Shown: piece after piece, positions 42,835 to 55,499 of the stretch
Numbering within the stretch: the stretch's first letter is position 1
Layout: each line of letters opens with the position of its first letter
Origin: Eledone cirrhosa
Lineage: Eukaryota
Reading direction: 5' to 3'
DNA length: 64,000 bases
Assembly: GCA_964016885.1 (NCBI GenBank)
Contig: OZ024747.1
Coordinates: 55,614,001-55,678,000, forward strand
Notes under the pieces: generated by a model
Told to the model about the DNA's origin: nothing
Seen by the model: only the letters and a program-made list of their open reading frames with translations
The model's database searches: none
Position numbers and translations under genes: made by a program

Positions 42835-43183
42835 AATTGAAATCCCCAATAGGGGGAACGTTACTGCAGGGTTGTTTTACACCCCATGGATAGAACAACC
42901 CTCAACACCAGGAACACGTTTTGTAGGTGTTCCTGTCTTCCCTCTTTTTATTTTCCTCAACCTACAGGTTTATATACAGAGAAGGCCCATTCACTCAGGC
43001 CATTTTCGCCACATTCACCCACCTTTCAGCGAATTTACTGGGGTGTAGTACCTCTCTCTCCACTCTCACCTTCCTTCTGAAGTAGTACTTAAAGAAGGGG
43101 ATAAGTTGCTGTCCGGAGAGAAAGGTGTTTGCCCTCAGTCCTTTTAACCTCGTCCACCATATTATCTCTTTCGCCATAACCAC
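42835..43183 (-). mobile_element. Probable L1/Tx1-type LINE 3' fragment
   Basis: AKEIIWWTRLKGL..FFKYYFRRKVRVEREVLHPSKFAERW resembles the Tx1 ORF2 C-terminal K..IW..R...F..RW pattern, followed by a 3' UTR. Confidence 0.55.
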
Positions 43184-43184
43184 C

Positions 43185-44536
43185 AGACAAGGGCTCCGTT
43201 CTTAGCCCCCTCCTGTTTATGATTGTCCTACAGGCTATAACAGAGGGTTTTAAGACTGGCTTCCCATGGGCACTTCTATATGCAGATGATGTAACTCTCA
43301 TAGCTGAATCTATGCCTGAACTAGAGAGGAAGTTCCAAACATGGAAGCATGGCCTTGAATCAAAAGGCCTTAGAGTCAACTAGCCAAAGACTAATGTTAT
43401 AGTATGCAGAAAGGAGAATAGGGCACAGGTACCCTCTGGTAAATGGCCATGCTGAGTGCGTAAGAAAGGAGTAGGCAGAAACTCCATTCTATGTCCCACA
43501 TGCAAACTATGGGTACATAAAAGATGTAGTGGGATCAGAGGTAAGCTATCTGAGAAGGTAGATTTTATATGTGGCTGATGCTCAGGTGGATGATATCTCC
43601 TTCAACTGCCCAGATGGTTCTATAGAAATAGTAGACACCTTCCATTACTTGGGCGATAAAATGAACAGTGGAGGAGGGTGCTCTGAAAGTGTAGTAGTTA
43701 GAACAGGATGGAAAAAGTTCAGAGAGCTAATACCACTGTTGGCCAAAAGGGGTTTTTCTCTAAAAATGAAAGACAGATTGTATGATGCATGTATACGAAC
43801 GGCGATATTACATGGTAGTGAGACTTGAGCATTGTGCACTGAAGACCTGCGTAGATTAGAAAGAAATGATGCTTGCATGCTCTGATGGATGTGTAATAGA
43901 AATGTGCATGAAAGGCGAAGCATAAACGAACTAAGAGGGAGAATAAGCATAAGATGTATCAAATGTTGTGTTCTGGAGAGGAGATTGCGTTGGTATGGAC
44001 ATGTGATGCGTATGAAGGACGACAGCTGTATAAAAAAGTGCAGGGCAATGAAAATTGATGGAAGCTGCGGAGTGGGTAGACCAAGAAAAACCTGAGACAA
44101 TATGATAAAAACTGACCTTGCCCACCTACACCTTCTAAGACACTGACACTGGATCGAGACCTTTGGCGCCATGCTGTTGTACAGAAGACCCGACTACCAT
44201 TGCATACACACCTACAGTGAGTAGGCACATTTAACTCAATATACACACCACCGCCACACACTACCCCATCCTCCCTCTCCCGTTCCATCCACTGTGTTGA
44301 TAACACAACAATCCACACTGTAGGGTGGGCGTGTAGGAGACACGATGAAAAGGCTCCCAGTCCACACTGTAAATGTGGTTGGTGTTAGGAAGGGTATCCA
44401 GCTGTAAAAAAAACCTCCCAGAGACGCTTCCGTGCAAGCAAGACATGGTCTCCCCGACCATTCCCACATCAAATCGAACAAAATCGTCTAACCCATGCTA
44501 GCATGGAAGATGGACGTTAAACGATGATGATGATGA
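43185..44536 (+). mobile_element. RTE LINE family 2, 5'-truncated, with long 3' UTR and tail 2
   Basis: GSVLSPLLF..LLYADDVTLIAES..LESKGLRVN; Cys-rich insert; FHYLGD; LHGSET; RRLRWYGHVMRM; GRPRKT; stops and frameshifts; ends ATGGACGTTAAACGATGATG. Confidence 0.95.
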
Positions 44537-44546
44537 TTATATATAC

Positions 44547-44664
<118 letters not shown>

Positions 44665-44807
44665 CTATAAAATATAATTTCAGCGAGATCGTATTTCGGC
44701 GGGGGCCAAAAGCAAAACGAAACGCAATCCTCGAGATATACAGCAATCGCTTAATGGACTAAAAGAAGATCAGAGCAATTAACATACGTTATAAAGGCCA
44801 GATAAAA

Positions 44808-44850
<43 letters not shown>

Positions 44851-45065
44851 TATATATATAAATATATAAATCAATGTATATATCTATTCACTGTGTGTTT
44901 GTGTGTATGCAATACATGACTAATTATGGATATACATTTATCAATATAAAACTCATAAGGCCATGTAGATTTTCATGTATTCATAAATTTATTATTACAT
45001 ACATACTTGATCATATATTATAACCATATATTTATAGTATCATTTAAAGAAACATATCGTTGTGT

Positions 45066-45891
45066 GCATACATCTATGATTGATGCATCTGGACACATCT
45101 TCAGTGATGTGCCTGGTATCGTCAGGTGTTTCGGGTCTTTCAACATCATACACCCTTCTCCAGGTGACCCAGCTGGGGCTGATCAGACCCCAGCTTGTGT
45201 CCAGGTGGCCAGCTAGCTACCATGACTCCATGGCTCTCCTCTTTTGATCCACAGCCATCTTGAGGCCCTCTCTGAGGCATCGGTGGTATGGCGGATGGAT
45301 TTACTCCTTCTCACTCCGTCGATGCCCAAACTGCTGAAGCCTCTGATCAGGGAACGGGCTGCGAAACCCCTGCATCCATCCTCCACTGGGAGACACCTCG
45401 TTCTCCAACCAGCCCGCTGACAGTCACTGACTAGAACTGTGTACTTGAAGAACTTTCTCTCAAAGGCCTTTTCCAGGCAATCTTCCCATGGGACAGTCAA
45501 CTCCAGCAGCACTACTTGCTTGGTGTACTCAGACACGAGGACAATGTTCGGTCGCAGGGTGGTGACCGAAATGTGGCCAGGGAACTTCAGCTGACGCTCA
45601 AATTCCACCAATAGCTGCCAGTCTCTTGCAGATGTTAGGATACCCGCTGATGTTTTCCTGACAGGGGTTGGCTGCTCCCCAGCTCTGACAAAGGCGATGG
45701 TTTTCTTGGAGGGTCGGAACCGCTCCGCCCACACAAGTCATGTGCTGATGGCTTCAGCGATGGTCTTAAGGACTTGGTCATGCCTCCAGCGGTACCGTCC
45801 TTCTCCAAGTGCCCCTGTGCAGCAACTGAGGATGTGTTCCAGGGTTCCTCGCTTGGAGCACAATGCATATGTTGGTGTCTCTGCTATGCCC
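45066..45891 (-). mobile_element. HERO-clade (R2 group) LINE 3' fragment: CCHC finger, RLE domain and 3' UTR
   Basis: LCSKRGTLEHILSCC..GRYRWRHDQVL; DWQLLV..QLKFP..TTLRPNIVLVS..LLELTVPWE..PVEDGCRGF..ERASRWLWIKR (ORF 45213-45734). Confidence 0.9.
45089..45204 (-). ncRNA. Predicted permuted, pseudoknotted hammerhead ribozyme in HERO 3' UTR
   Basis: Core segments GUA, GAAA and CUGAAGA each flanked by complementary strands, in non-circular order; six perfect helices (see finding). Confidence 0.7.
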
Positions 45892-46510
45892 ATATATATA
45901 TATTCAAATACTTAAAATATTAATATACATGCATAATTAACAAATCATTGCACCCCCTCCCCCATATGCATCAATGTTTTTATATTCCCTTTTCCATGCT
46001 TGCATGTGTTGGGCGAGTCCTAGTAAGCCCTGCACATCATAATATTTGTCATTGCCCCTGTGAGTCTGAGTGATTTGAGGTCAGATCTTAACACCTCTGC
46101 CCAGGTCTTTTTTGGTATACGTCTATCGTTACATCCTTTCAGTGAATTAATAGTCCCTATATTTCGGATTTTACATCCACCAACATGGAAATTTCTGAGG
46201 GGTGGCCTTCATTGTTTACTGTGTGCATACAACAAAGGCCCCATGTTTTCCTTTTCTGACACAACTTTTTTCCGTTCGAAACACCCCCTGTTGATTGATG
46301 TGAAATTTAAAAATATAGGGACTATTTAATTGCTTCCAAGGTAACACTATCTCATGTTATTAATTTTTACACTTTTCCTACATTCTTTTACACACTCTAC
46401 GTCTCTTTCTACACTTCCTTTAATATCTCTCTCTCTCTCTCTTTCACATTACCACCTGATTCTGTTACCTGGAGAGTTATCCATCTGCATTGTTGGGGCT
46501 TCCAAAACGA

Positions 46511-46548
<38 letters not shown>

Positions 46549-46815
46549 GAATAATCGAGAATCGGAAAAACAGCTTACGAATTAACGATAAACAAATCCG
46601 ATATGTGTGGCAGAGGGCTCAATAATTTGGATAAATCAGAGCTATAACCATCGTTAAATTACCAACACATAGAGGTCATGCCTAAAATCACCCATACAGC
46701 CGAAAAAGAACGACCAGGAAGATTCGGGTCACTCAAATAAAATATCAATAAATCAATAAATTAAATGAATATATATATATATACTACTGCCAAATACTAT
46801 GAGCACAACAAATGA

Positions 46816-46848
<33 letters not shown>

Positions 46849-46874
46849 TATCTGTATTTATATGTATATATTTT

Positions 46875-46937
<63 letters not shown>

Positions 46938-47413
46938 TTGTGTGTCCCACCCTTGCAAGCAGGGAAAAGCGGACGTAAAAGGATGATGATGATGATATAA
47001 GAAAGTATATTTGTCTTTTTTTTCTATACTTATATGTTGTTTTGTCTATTTGTATTGGCTTGTGATTTTTGCTGAATTTGTTTAACTGAAGAGGTGCAAA
47101 TTTAATACCCAGGTGTGTTATGTATTAAATATTTCCCCCTTTTGTCTCTCAATATTTATGGTGAGTTCAACTTTGATATATTATAGCAATGCTCCTTGTT
47201 TATAAATAATTGCAATGATTCAGCTTGACATTTTTTATTTAAGTATCTCTGTTTTGAGTGTTTTTCATGTAAGCTTTATGTATGTTTAACACTGCTATAC
47301 ACACATATACACACACACGTATATGCATATATATATATATAACCCATGCTAATGTGGAAGAATGGATAAAGCGGTGATGATATATATATATATATATGCA
47401 TATATATAAATAC

Positions 47414-47451
<38 letters not shown>

Positions 47452-47458
47452 GTATATG

Positions 47459-47806
47459 GAGGCACATGGCTTAATGGTTAGAGCATTGGCCTTGCAATCG
47501 AAAGGTTGTGAGTTCAATTCTCAGACCGGGTGATGTGTTGTTTCCTTGAGCAAGACACTTTATTTTCACATTGCTCCAGTTTACTCAGCTGTAGAAATGA
47601 GATGATAGGGACTGGGGTCCCTATCATTCCACTGCAAAGTGGTCGTGGAGGTACCACGGCAAAAAAGTACCCAGCACTCACTGTAAATGAGGTTGGTGTT
47701 AGGAAGGGCATCCAGCTGTAGAAATCAAGCCAGAATCAGTTCCCGTCCCACCCTTGCAAGCAGGGAAATGCGGACGTAAAATGATGATGATGATGATGAT
47801 GATGAT
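47459..47806 (+). mobile_element. SINE family A, full length, tail 1
   Basis: Reference copy: tRNA-like head, CORE-like domain, GTTGGTGTTAGGAAGGGCATCCAGCTGTAG block, RTE tail, (ATG)n. Confidence 0.95.
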
Positions 47807-47869
47807 ATATATATATATATTTATATGTATAAAAGCATGACTCTTTCTCTTTCCATCTCATTCTTTCTA

Positions 47870-47904
<35 letters not shown>

Positions 47905-48135
47905 CATCATCATCATCATCATCATCATCTCCGTTTAACGTCCATTTTCCACACTGGCACTGGTTAGACGGGTCGTCCCATTAGAGGCAAGTTATGTCAG
48001 GTGACCATGTTTCGCACATACAGAACTGTTGCTGGTTAAATGGATGCCTTTCCTAACGTCAACACATTTACAGTGTGTGCTGGGTTCTTTTTGTTGTGAC
48101 ATCTACACGACTACTTAACAATGTGGGCTGCGTGC
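47905..48135 (-). mobile_element. Tail-2 SINE/LINE 3' fragment
   Basis: Similar fragments at ~5095-5230, 26785-26960, 58360-58465 (minus) and 63630-63722 (plus). Confidence 0.75.
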
Positions 48136-48251
48136 TTATTTGTTATGATACACAACATCACAGGGTAAGCTTGGTATGGACAGACATAGGTTCGGATATG
48201 TATGGAAGGTGGTTTATATACACAAATATGTAAAAATATGTATATAAGCAT

Positions 48252-48460
48252 ATCATCATCATCATCATCATCATTTTACGTCCGCTTTTCCCTGCTTGCA
48301 AGGGTGGGACGGGAACTGATTCTGGCTTGATTTCTACAGCTGGATGCCCTTCCTAACACCAACCTCATTTACAGTGAGTGCTGGGTACTTTTTTGCCGTG
48401 GTACCTCCACGACCACTTTGCAGTGGAATGATATGGACCCCAGTCCCTATCATCTCATTT
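48252..48460 (-). mobile_element. SINE family A 3' half
   Basis: Near-identical to the reverse complement of 47595-47800. Confidence 0.9.
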
Positions 48461-48864
48461 TTTTATAACATGTACAAAAATAAGGATCTTTATAACATGT
48501 ACAAAAATTAATGTTAGCAAAGCCTGCTTTCTCCATTTTGGTTCATCAAAACATTTGTTATTATGTTAAATTGTTTTTTCTTTAAAACTCCTACATGCTG
48601 ATTCTCCACCGCACACACATGCATACATATATATGATCATATGTATGTACATACATGGTGGCTACCAACTCGTTTTTGAGTATGGCCACTACTTTATATC
48701 CATGTAGGAGAACCCCTACTGATGCGCTAAACGAGTGTGACTTTTTAGTTCAGCCAGCGACTTGAAAACTCTGGTACAAACACTACACTTGTGACAATTA
48801 TTGACACATAGTGCTAGGCCCATGGTACCACGTGACGACAAGTGTAGAGAGATCTCCAGATATA

Positions 48865-49132
48865 AAGCAATGCCTGTGCCGTGAAGCTTTTATAGTGAGC
48901 AAAGGCACTGCACAAAGCCAGTCCCACTCTCTTAACCCAAGATGATATTTACCAAAAAGAAGAACAAGTCAACATCATTGGATACCATCAGGGTTGCAGG
49001 TGTTATATCAGAGTTTTCCTTCTAGAATTCTGCCTTGACAAAGGCTAAGGGGTCATCTCTCCCGGTGATTTTGGGTGGCCATTGACTCTGAAGAGCTCCT
49101 TTGCCCTTTGACAGGTTTTGTACATACATACA

Positions 49133-49166
<34 letters not shown>

Positions 49167-49573
49167 CATACATGATGGCTGCCCCCCTCATTATTCATTA
49201 TGGCCATTGCATGATATAACATTATTAATAATTATCAATTAATGCTATCGTGCAATGCCTGTGTGTGAAGATTTTATTTAAGTGAGGAAAGACTAGGCAC
49301 TGAGCCAATTCCACTCTCTGAATGACAGTAGCTATAACCTGAAAAGAAAAAAACTACTCAGCCGCAGGTTTTATGTCGGAGTTTCCATAGTTGCCTTCTC
49401 CTAGAAGAATACACTGATAAAGGCTAGGGTTCCTTCATTCCCAGTGGTTTAACCATGCGATTGGGCATCCAGCTTGACCTTTTCATATATACATACATAC
49501 ATACATACATATGTATATACATATTCATACACTTTTGGGGGTGGCCGTTGACTCTTATGAGTTCTTCCACCCA
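48865..49573 (-). mobile_element. RTE 5'-UTR-like non-coding repeat pieces among (CATA)n tracts
   Basis: Two related units (48865-49117, 49252-49480) with TAGCCTTT...TAG(GAG)AAGG.AAACTC.GA; third piece 49537-49573 shares GAGTCAA.GGCCACCC. Confidence 0.5.
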
Positions 49574-49784
49574 TACATACATACATACATACATGTGTCA
49601 TGAGTATATATGTTCGTAATAATTCTGAAAAGATTCATCACAAAATAGCAAAGTTAACTTACTTAACAGTTTCAGTGATCAAAAACTACAACAACCACAA
49701 CAATAAAGGAATTAAAATATATGTGGATATAACAAAGTCACATTCTCTTGAAGTAACAGAAACGAAACAAAATGAAAAGCAAAA

Positions 49785-49882
49785 GCAGCAGCAGCAGCAG
49801 CAGCAGAAGAAGAAGAAGAAGAAGAAGAAGAAGAAGAAGAAGAAGAAGAAGAAGAAGAAGAAGAAGAAGAAGAAGAAGAAGA
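49785..49882. repeat. (CAG)n(AAG)n compound microsatellite
   Basis: Direct reading. Confidence 0.95.
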
Positions 49883-50363
49883 ATGAAGACATGCCTAAAA
49901 ATAAATGATCTAATCAGTTGTATTTTCACTAATTGTTCGCTGAACACTTTATATTCAGCTTATGATTTCTCCCAATACAATGATATCTGATTAATTAGTT
50001 TTGTCACCAGTTTAATAACGAGGACAGATCGAAGGTTCTACATAACTTCTTCATACTTCATAATTTTTTTCAGAATCTTGATTGATTTATTTTGCGCTTC
50101 TTCATCTTTTCATAATTATTTTAACTTACTTATTTTTTTTGTTTTAATATTCATGTTATTATTATTTTTTTTTTCAATAATGTGTTTTCATTGTTTGTTG
50201 ATTATTTTGTTGTTTTACATTTTTATTTATTAATTTTGTTTTGTGGTTTGGTGGTGGTGCTGGTGGTGGTGGTGTGGAGGTGTTATTTTTACATATATAT
50301 ATATATAATTCAGTCATTTTTCAAGAATATGAAATATCATTACTGTGTCATTATATGAATGTA

Positions 50364-50442
<79 letters not shown>

Positions 50443-50823
50443 ATATATATAAACATATATATTGAGAAAGAGATGTAGATATATACATATGTGTGATTAT
50501 ATATACATTTATATTATATATGTTTCATATACAAATTAATATATATCTGAAGTAAGTGTAAGATTTTTGTTGTATGTGTATGTCTTTTGTTGTTTATAAA
50601 TCTTATGGTGTAAGACAAAAAGATAATTCATATAAAGTAGAACTACAAAAAAAATAAAGATCCATTTATTTAATAGCAATTAATATGTCAGTCACAAGAT
50701 ACAAATTGACAGCTATTCTGATTTCAAATCTCAAACACACACTATGCTAACTCATACTTCCACAAAAACAATACTCCAAACAATACTTACAAACACACAC
50801 ACTGATTATGTATAATATATAAT

Positions 50824-51158
50824 GGAGGCATATGGCTTAGCGGTTAGAGCATTGGCCTTGCAATCGAAAGGTTGTGAGTTCAATTCTCAAACCGGGTGAT
50901 GTGTTGTTTCCTTGAGCAAGACACTTTATTTCACATTGCTGCAGTTTACTCAGCTGTAGAAATGACTAGGGTCCCTATCATTCCACTGCGAAATGGTCGT
51001 AGAGGTGCCACGGCAAAAAAAAAAGCACCCAGCACTCACTGTAAATGAGGTTGGTGTTAGGAAGGGCATCCAGCTGTAGAAATCAAGCCAGAATCAGTTC
51101 CCGTCCCACCCTTGCAAGCTGGGAACAGCAGGCGTAAAAATGATGATGATGATGATGA
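50824..51158 (+). mobile_element. SINE family A, tail 1
   Basis: Consensus match. Confidence 0.92.
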
Positions 51159-51478
51159 TATATATATATATATATTTATAAATTAATAAAAACAATGAAA
51201 TAAAAACATATTTATATATATATTCATGAAATAACAAACATTCTGCAAATATAATATATTGAGTCCCTTATTGGATTATAGCCTCCCCAATTATTGTTAA
51301 ATGTTAGAACATTCAGGGTTGAGTTTGTTGGGGTTTAGAAGTTTACTTTGCAACCATATGGTTTCATGTCCACTCCTACTGCTTGGCAGCTTGGACACAT
51401 ATCTTCAACTTTAGCCTCTTCTTGATGCTTCCTGGGTCAATAAAATAAAATACCGGCTAAGTGTTGGTATTGACTTAA

Positions 51479-51698
51479 CCCTTTCCCATTTAAACCGGCT
51501 GTATCCGGCCAGGATTCTCACACCACTTTCTGTTCAAACCAGCTGTAATAGCCACTCATACTGATGTTAAGGTATTGTTCTCAAAATAAATAATATCAAA
51601 ATCTTGTAGATTTGATATTGTGTTAGATAATTATGTGAGGTAAAGCGTTTACCATGAAAATACAATAGCGTATATAGAGTAATGTAGATGCTAAAAGG
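51479..51698. mobile_element. TTAA-flanked MITE nested in an old SINE B
   Basis: TTAA|CCCTTT...GCTAAAAGG|TTAA; flanks rejoin as TTGAC-TTAA-TCAAG, matching SINE B TCGATTTAATCGAC. Confidence 0.85.
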
Positions 51699-52214
51699 TT
51701 AATCAAGTGTTCTTCATCCAAATTGCTGGCCTTGCGCCTCAACTAGAAATGATTACTATGTTATACATAGGTTGAGAGACTGGCAGTGTTGTTAATGTCT
51801 GGAATGAAACTTTTTGTGGTAACTGTTCTAACTCTCTATATTCTAAGTTCAAATCCCACTGAGGTCAACTCTACATTTAATCTTTTGGAGTCAATAAAAT
51901 AAAATACTGGCCAAGTTCTGGGATTGGTTTAATCAACTGTTCTTCATCCAAATTGCTGGCCTTGTGCCTCAAGTAAAAACAATTACTATATAATTTATAG
52001 GGTGGCAGCATTGGTAGAGCATCAGAGGGAATACTTTGCAGCATATATTCTGGCTTGTTATGTTCTGAGTTTCTTTGTCCAATACCACCAGGTCAGGTCT
52101 ATTGTGTTCCAGTTTCTTGTCCGTCTGTATCCTAAAATCCCACAGCACCTTCACCTGATCGTTTTCTATCACCGACTCTGGCTTATGCTCATACCACTTC
52201 TCAGAATGTGGTAA

Positions 52215-52891
52215 ATTATTATTATTATGATTATTATTATTATTATTATTGTTCTTTGAGCCTCAGTTATTGATATTATTTAACTGGAAAGTTTGTTGAA
52301 ATGAATATCAAGCCGCTACCTGCAGCTTCAGATATTCAGGACGTATCGGAGGGTTCTTGGTGTTCCCAGTAAGCATGCCTTTTGAAGTGTTCCAAAAAGT
52401 GGGGCTGGACTAACTTTCTTTAACCATCCTTGGAAACTCTTTGAGATAGTACCTAGTGCACCTATGACAATCGGGACCACTTTGACTTCATGGTAGTTCC
52501 AAATCCTTTTTACCTCCCACTTTAAGTCCTGGTATCGGTTAATTTTCTCCCTCTCCTTTTCTTGCACTCTCGTGTCAAATGGGCAGGTTACATCTACAAT
52601 CAGGCACAATCTTTTTTCCTTGTCCAATACCACCAGGTCAGGTCTATTGTGTTCCAGTTTCTTGTCCGTCTGTATCCTAAAATCCCACAGCACCTTCACC
52701 TGATCGTTTTCTATCACCGACTCTGGCTTATGCTCATACCACTTCTCAGAATGTGGTAAATTGTTTACTTTGCATAGGTGCCAGTAGATCACCCTGCCCA
52801 TTACATCATGTCTCCAGCTTTTATAGTGAGTCTGGGCTAGGTGTTTACACTCGGATACAATGTGAGCCACAGTCTCCTCTCTCTCTCCACA
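52215..52891 (-). mobile_element. R4/Dong-clade LINE 3' fragment (CCHC and RLE) within (TAA)n
   Basis: Uninterrupted frame CGEREETVAHIVSEC..RHD..KWYEHKPESVIEN..VLWDFRIQTD..HNRPDLVV..DVTCPFD..VVPIVIGALG; (TAA)n on both sides. Confidence 0.93.
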
Positions 52892-52911
52892 GATTATTAT
52901 TATCATTATTA

Positions 52912-52961
<50 letters not shown>

Positions 52962-54131
52962 CATCATCATTGTTGCTGTTGTTATTGCTGGTGTTGATAT
53001 TTTTATTGTTTTTGCTATTTTAGGTATTGTTGGCATTTGTGTGGTGTTGTTATCCTTACTGCAGTTGTTGTTGTTATTATTATTGTTGATATTATTATTA
53101 TTATTATATTTTTTTCTTTTTGTTATTTTTTATGTTTTTTTTCTTCTTTTGTTTATTCTTATTGTGTTTGTTGTTGTAGGTTTTGTTTGTGAATGAGAAT
53201 ATTTGTTGTTGATGTGGTTGTTGCTGTTGTTGCTACTTCAGTACTATGATTTCTGAGTTATTTTAAGTATTTATTTTATTTTTCAGTGAAACATAGCAAG
53301 AGGCAGGCAGCAGTGATTGAGAAGCAGTGGTCGGTGAGGCAGGGTTGGGGTTGGGGGTACAAAAATATCAGTAGCGTTTATACATTTACTGCTGTTGATG
53401 ATGATGATGATGACAATGATGATCATGGTGGTAGTAGTGACCATAATTATACAGTCTACATTATTTTTTTTTTCTGCTAGAGAGAGGAATAAGTATACTG
53501 GAATAAATATCGACATGTTTTATAATTCAAGACCGAGGTTACAACTAAAAAACAAAATAAATAGAAATGAAAATTATATATAAAAAGAAAGAAAAGAAAA
53601 CAGGAAAAAATTGTTTGACCACAAAAAAAAAATGATTCTTTCATCTAGAAAGTTGGTGTCTTTGATGGAAAAACTCAAGCTTTTATAATTCTATAGTAAC
53701 ACCCCTTGAATGAATAATATTTTATTTCACTTTCAAAGGTGTACTTAATATACACATATACATACTAATATATAAATATATATATATATATTTATTTATT
53801 TATATGCTTGTATAAATATATATATATATATTTATTTTTTTATATGCTTGTAGATATACATACATTTATATATATATATTTATATGTTTGTATATATACA
53901 TACATTTATATATACATATATAAATGTATATATATATATATATATGCATGTATATATGCACACAAGCGAGTGTCCATGCGTGTGATGTTTTTCTCTTACA
54001 CATGCTTTTAGCACAATGCAAATACACATACATATTCTCTTATAGTTGATTATACATACACATATGTGTGTGTCTGTGTGTGTATAGTTAATGAATTTAC
54101 ATATGTAATAGTATATTTATGTGTATATATA

Positions 54132-54241
<110 letters not shown>

Positions 54242-54283
54242 TATATATTTATAAATATATATATATATATATATGTATATATA

Positions 54284-54375
<92 letters not shown>

Positions 54376-54980
54376 GAGAGAAAGCGAGAGAGAGAGAATG
54401 TCCACACACACATATACATAAGTACACAGACATATACACACACATGCACACTCACACACACACACATATAACTACATTTATCTGCATGTATATAAACATT
54501 TATATGTATATCAATGAAAAAAAAAAATACATGTAAGTGAAGAGATGTGTGTACATGATATGCTGATGTATCGATATACACACACTAGCAGATATAATGA
54601 TACACACACACACATATATATATATATGTGTATGTGTATGGATATATGTGGGTATTTTCCACTCTGCATCACTGTCTTTATCTGAGTGTGTGGAGGGTTG
54701 AATGTATGTATGTTTGTGTGAAGGTTGAAAGCATTATCAGACTGTTTAAACTTGGTCACAAATATATATTGCTAGTTATTGGAGATATTAACTACATGTG
54801 TATAGCACCACTTCAGGCTACAATTAATGTGTTCTAGCTACCTAACTTTTACTTAATTTATTCAAATATTGGACAGATAAAATAGGAGTAGGATGGAGGA
54901 GGAGAGGAACTTTGGATGAGAAAGCGAGGTAAGAGATAAAAAAAAATATATATATATGTGTCTGTGTGTGTGTGTATGTG

Positions 54981-55050
<70 letters not shown>

Positions 55051-55344
55051 TTCCTCAATGTAAGTGCAGTTATGTACGGCCATGTGGTTAAAGAGTTATT
55101 TTAACATTCACAGGGATCCAGGTTCGGTCCCACTCCACAGCATTATGGCCATATGTTTTCTACTATAACGTCAGTTTGACCAATGCATTTTGAATATAAT
55201 TTAGTAAGCTGAAATGGCAGAAACCCATTATATGTGTGTGTGTATATATATATACTATAGTAAACATTTGGTAGAAATATCCAAGAGTAAGAGCACTCAG
55301 TCTATAGGACAAGTTAAGTATTATTAGTTACAACAGTGACATAT

Positions 55345-55394
55345 ACAGGTACTTAAGTTTCATTGGGTTATGCACCCCAACTTATTCAGCCTGT
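55345..55394 (-). ncRNA. Hammerhead motif with one core substitution, in PLE-like fragment 55258-55495
   Basis: Minus: acagg CTGAATA agttgggg-tgcataa-cccaat GAAA CttaaG TA cctgt; G8 replaced by U; palindromic stem III ACTTAAGT. Confidence 0.7.
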
Positions 55395-55499
55395 TATAAA
55401 AACAAAGATGTCTTCAGGTGGTTGAATATGATTTCTTATATGAAGAGTATTTGAGAGTTCTAACAAAGGCAGTTAATATACATAAGTAGCAAGGACCCA

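Noticed and set aside
47459-47530. tRNA gene (TGCAA loop, Cys-like)
   Set aside because: SINE head: acceptor and anticodon stems do not pair well and it always continues into the SINE body.
49600-49990. Poly-Q/K/R/L/F ORFs
   Set aside because: Translation of (CAG)n(AAG)n; no coding context.
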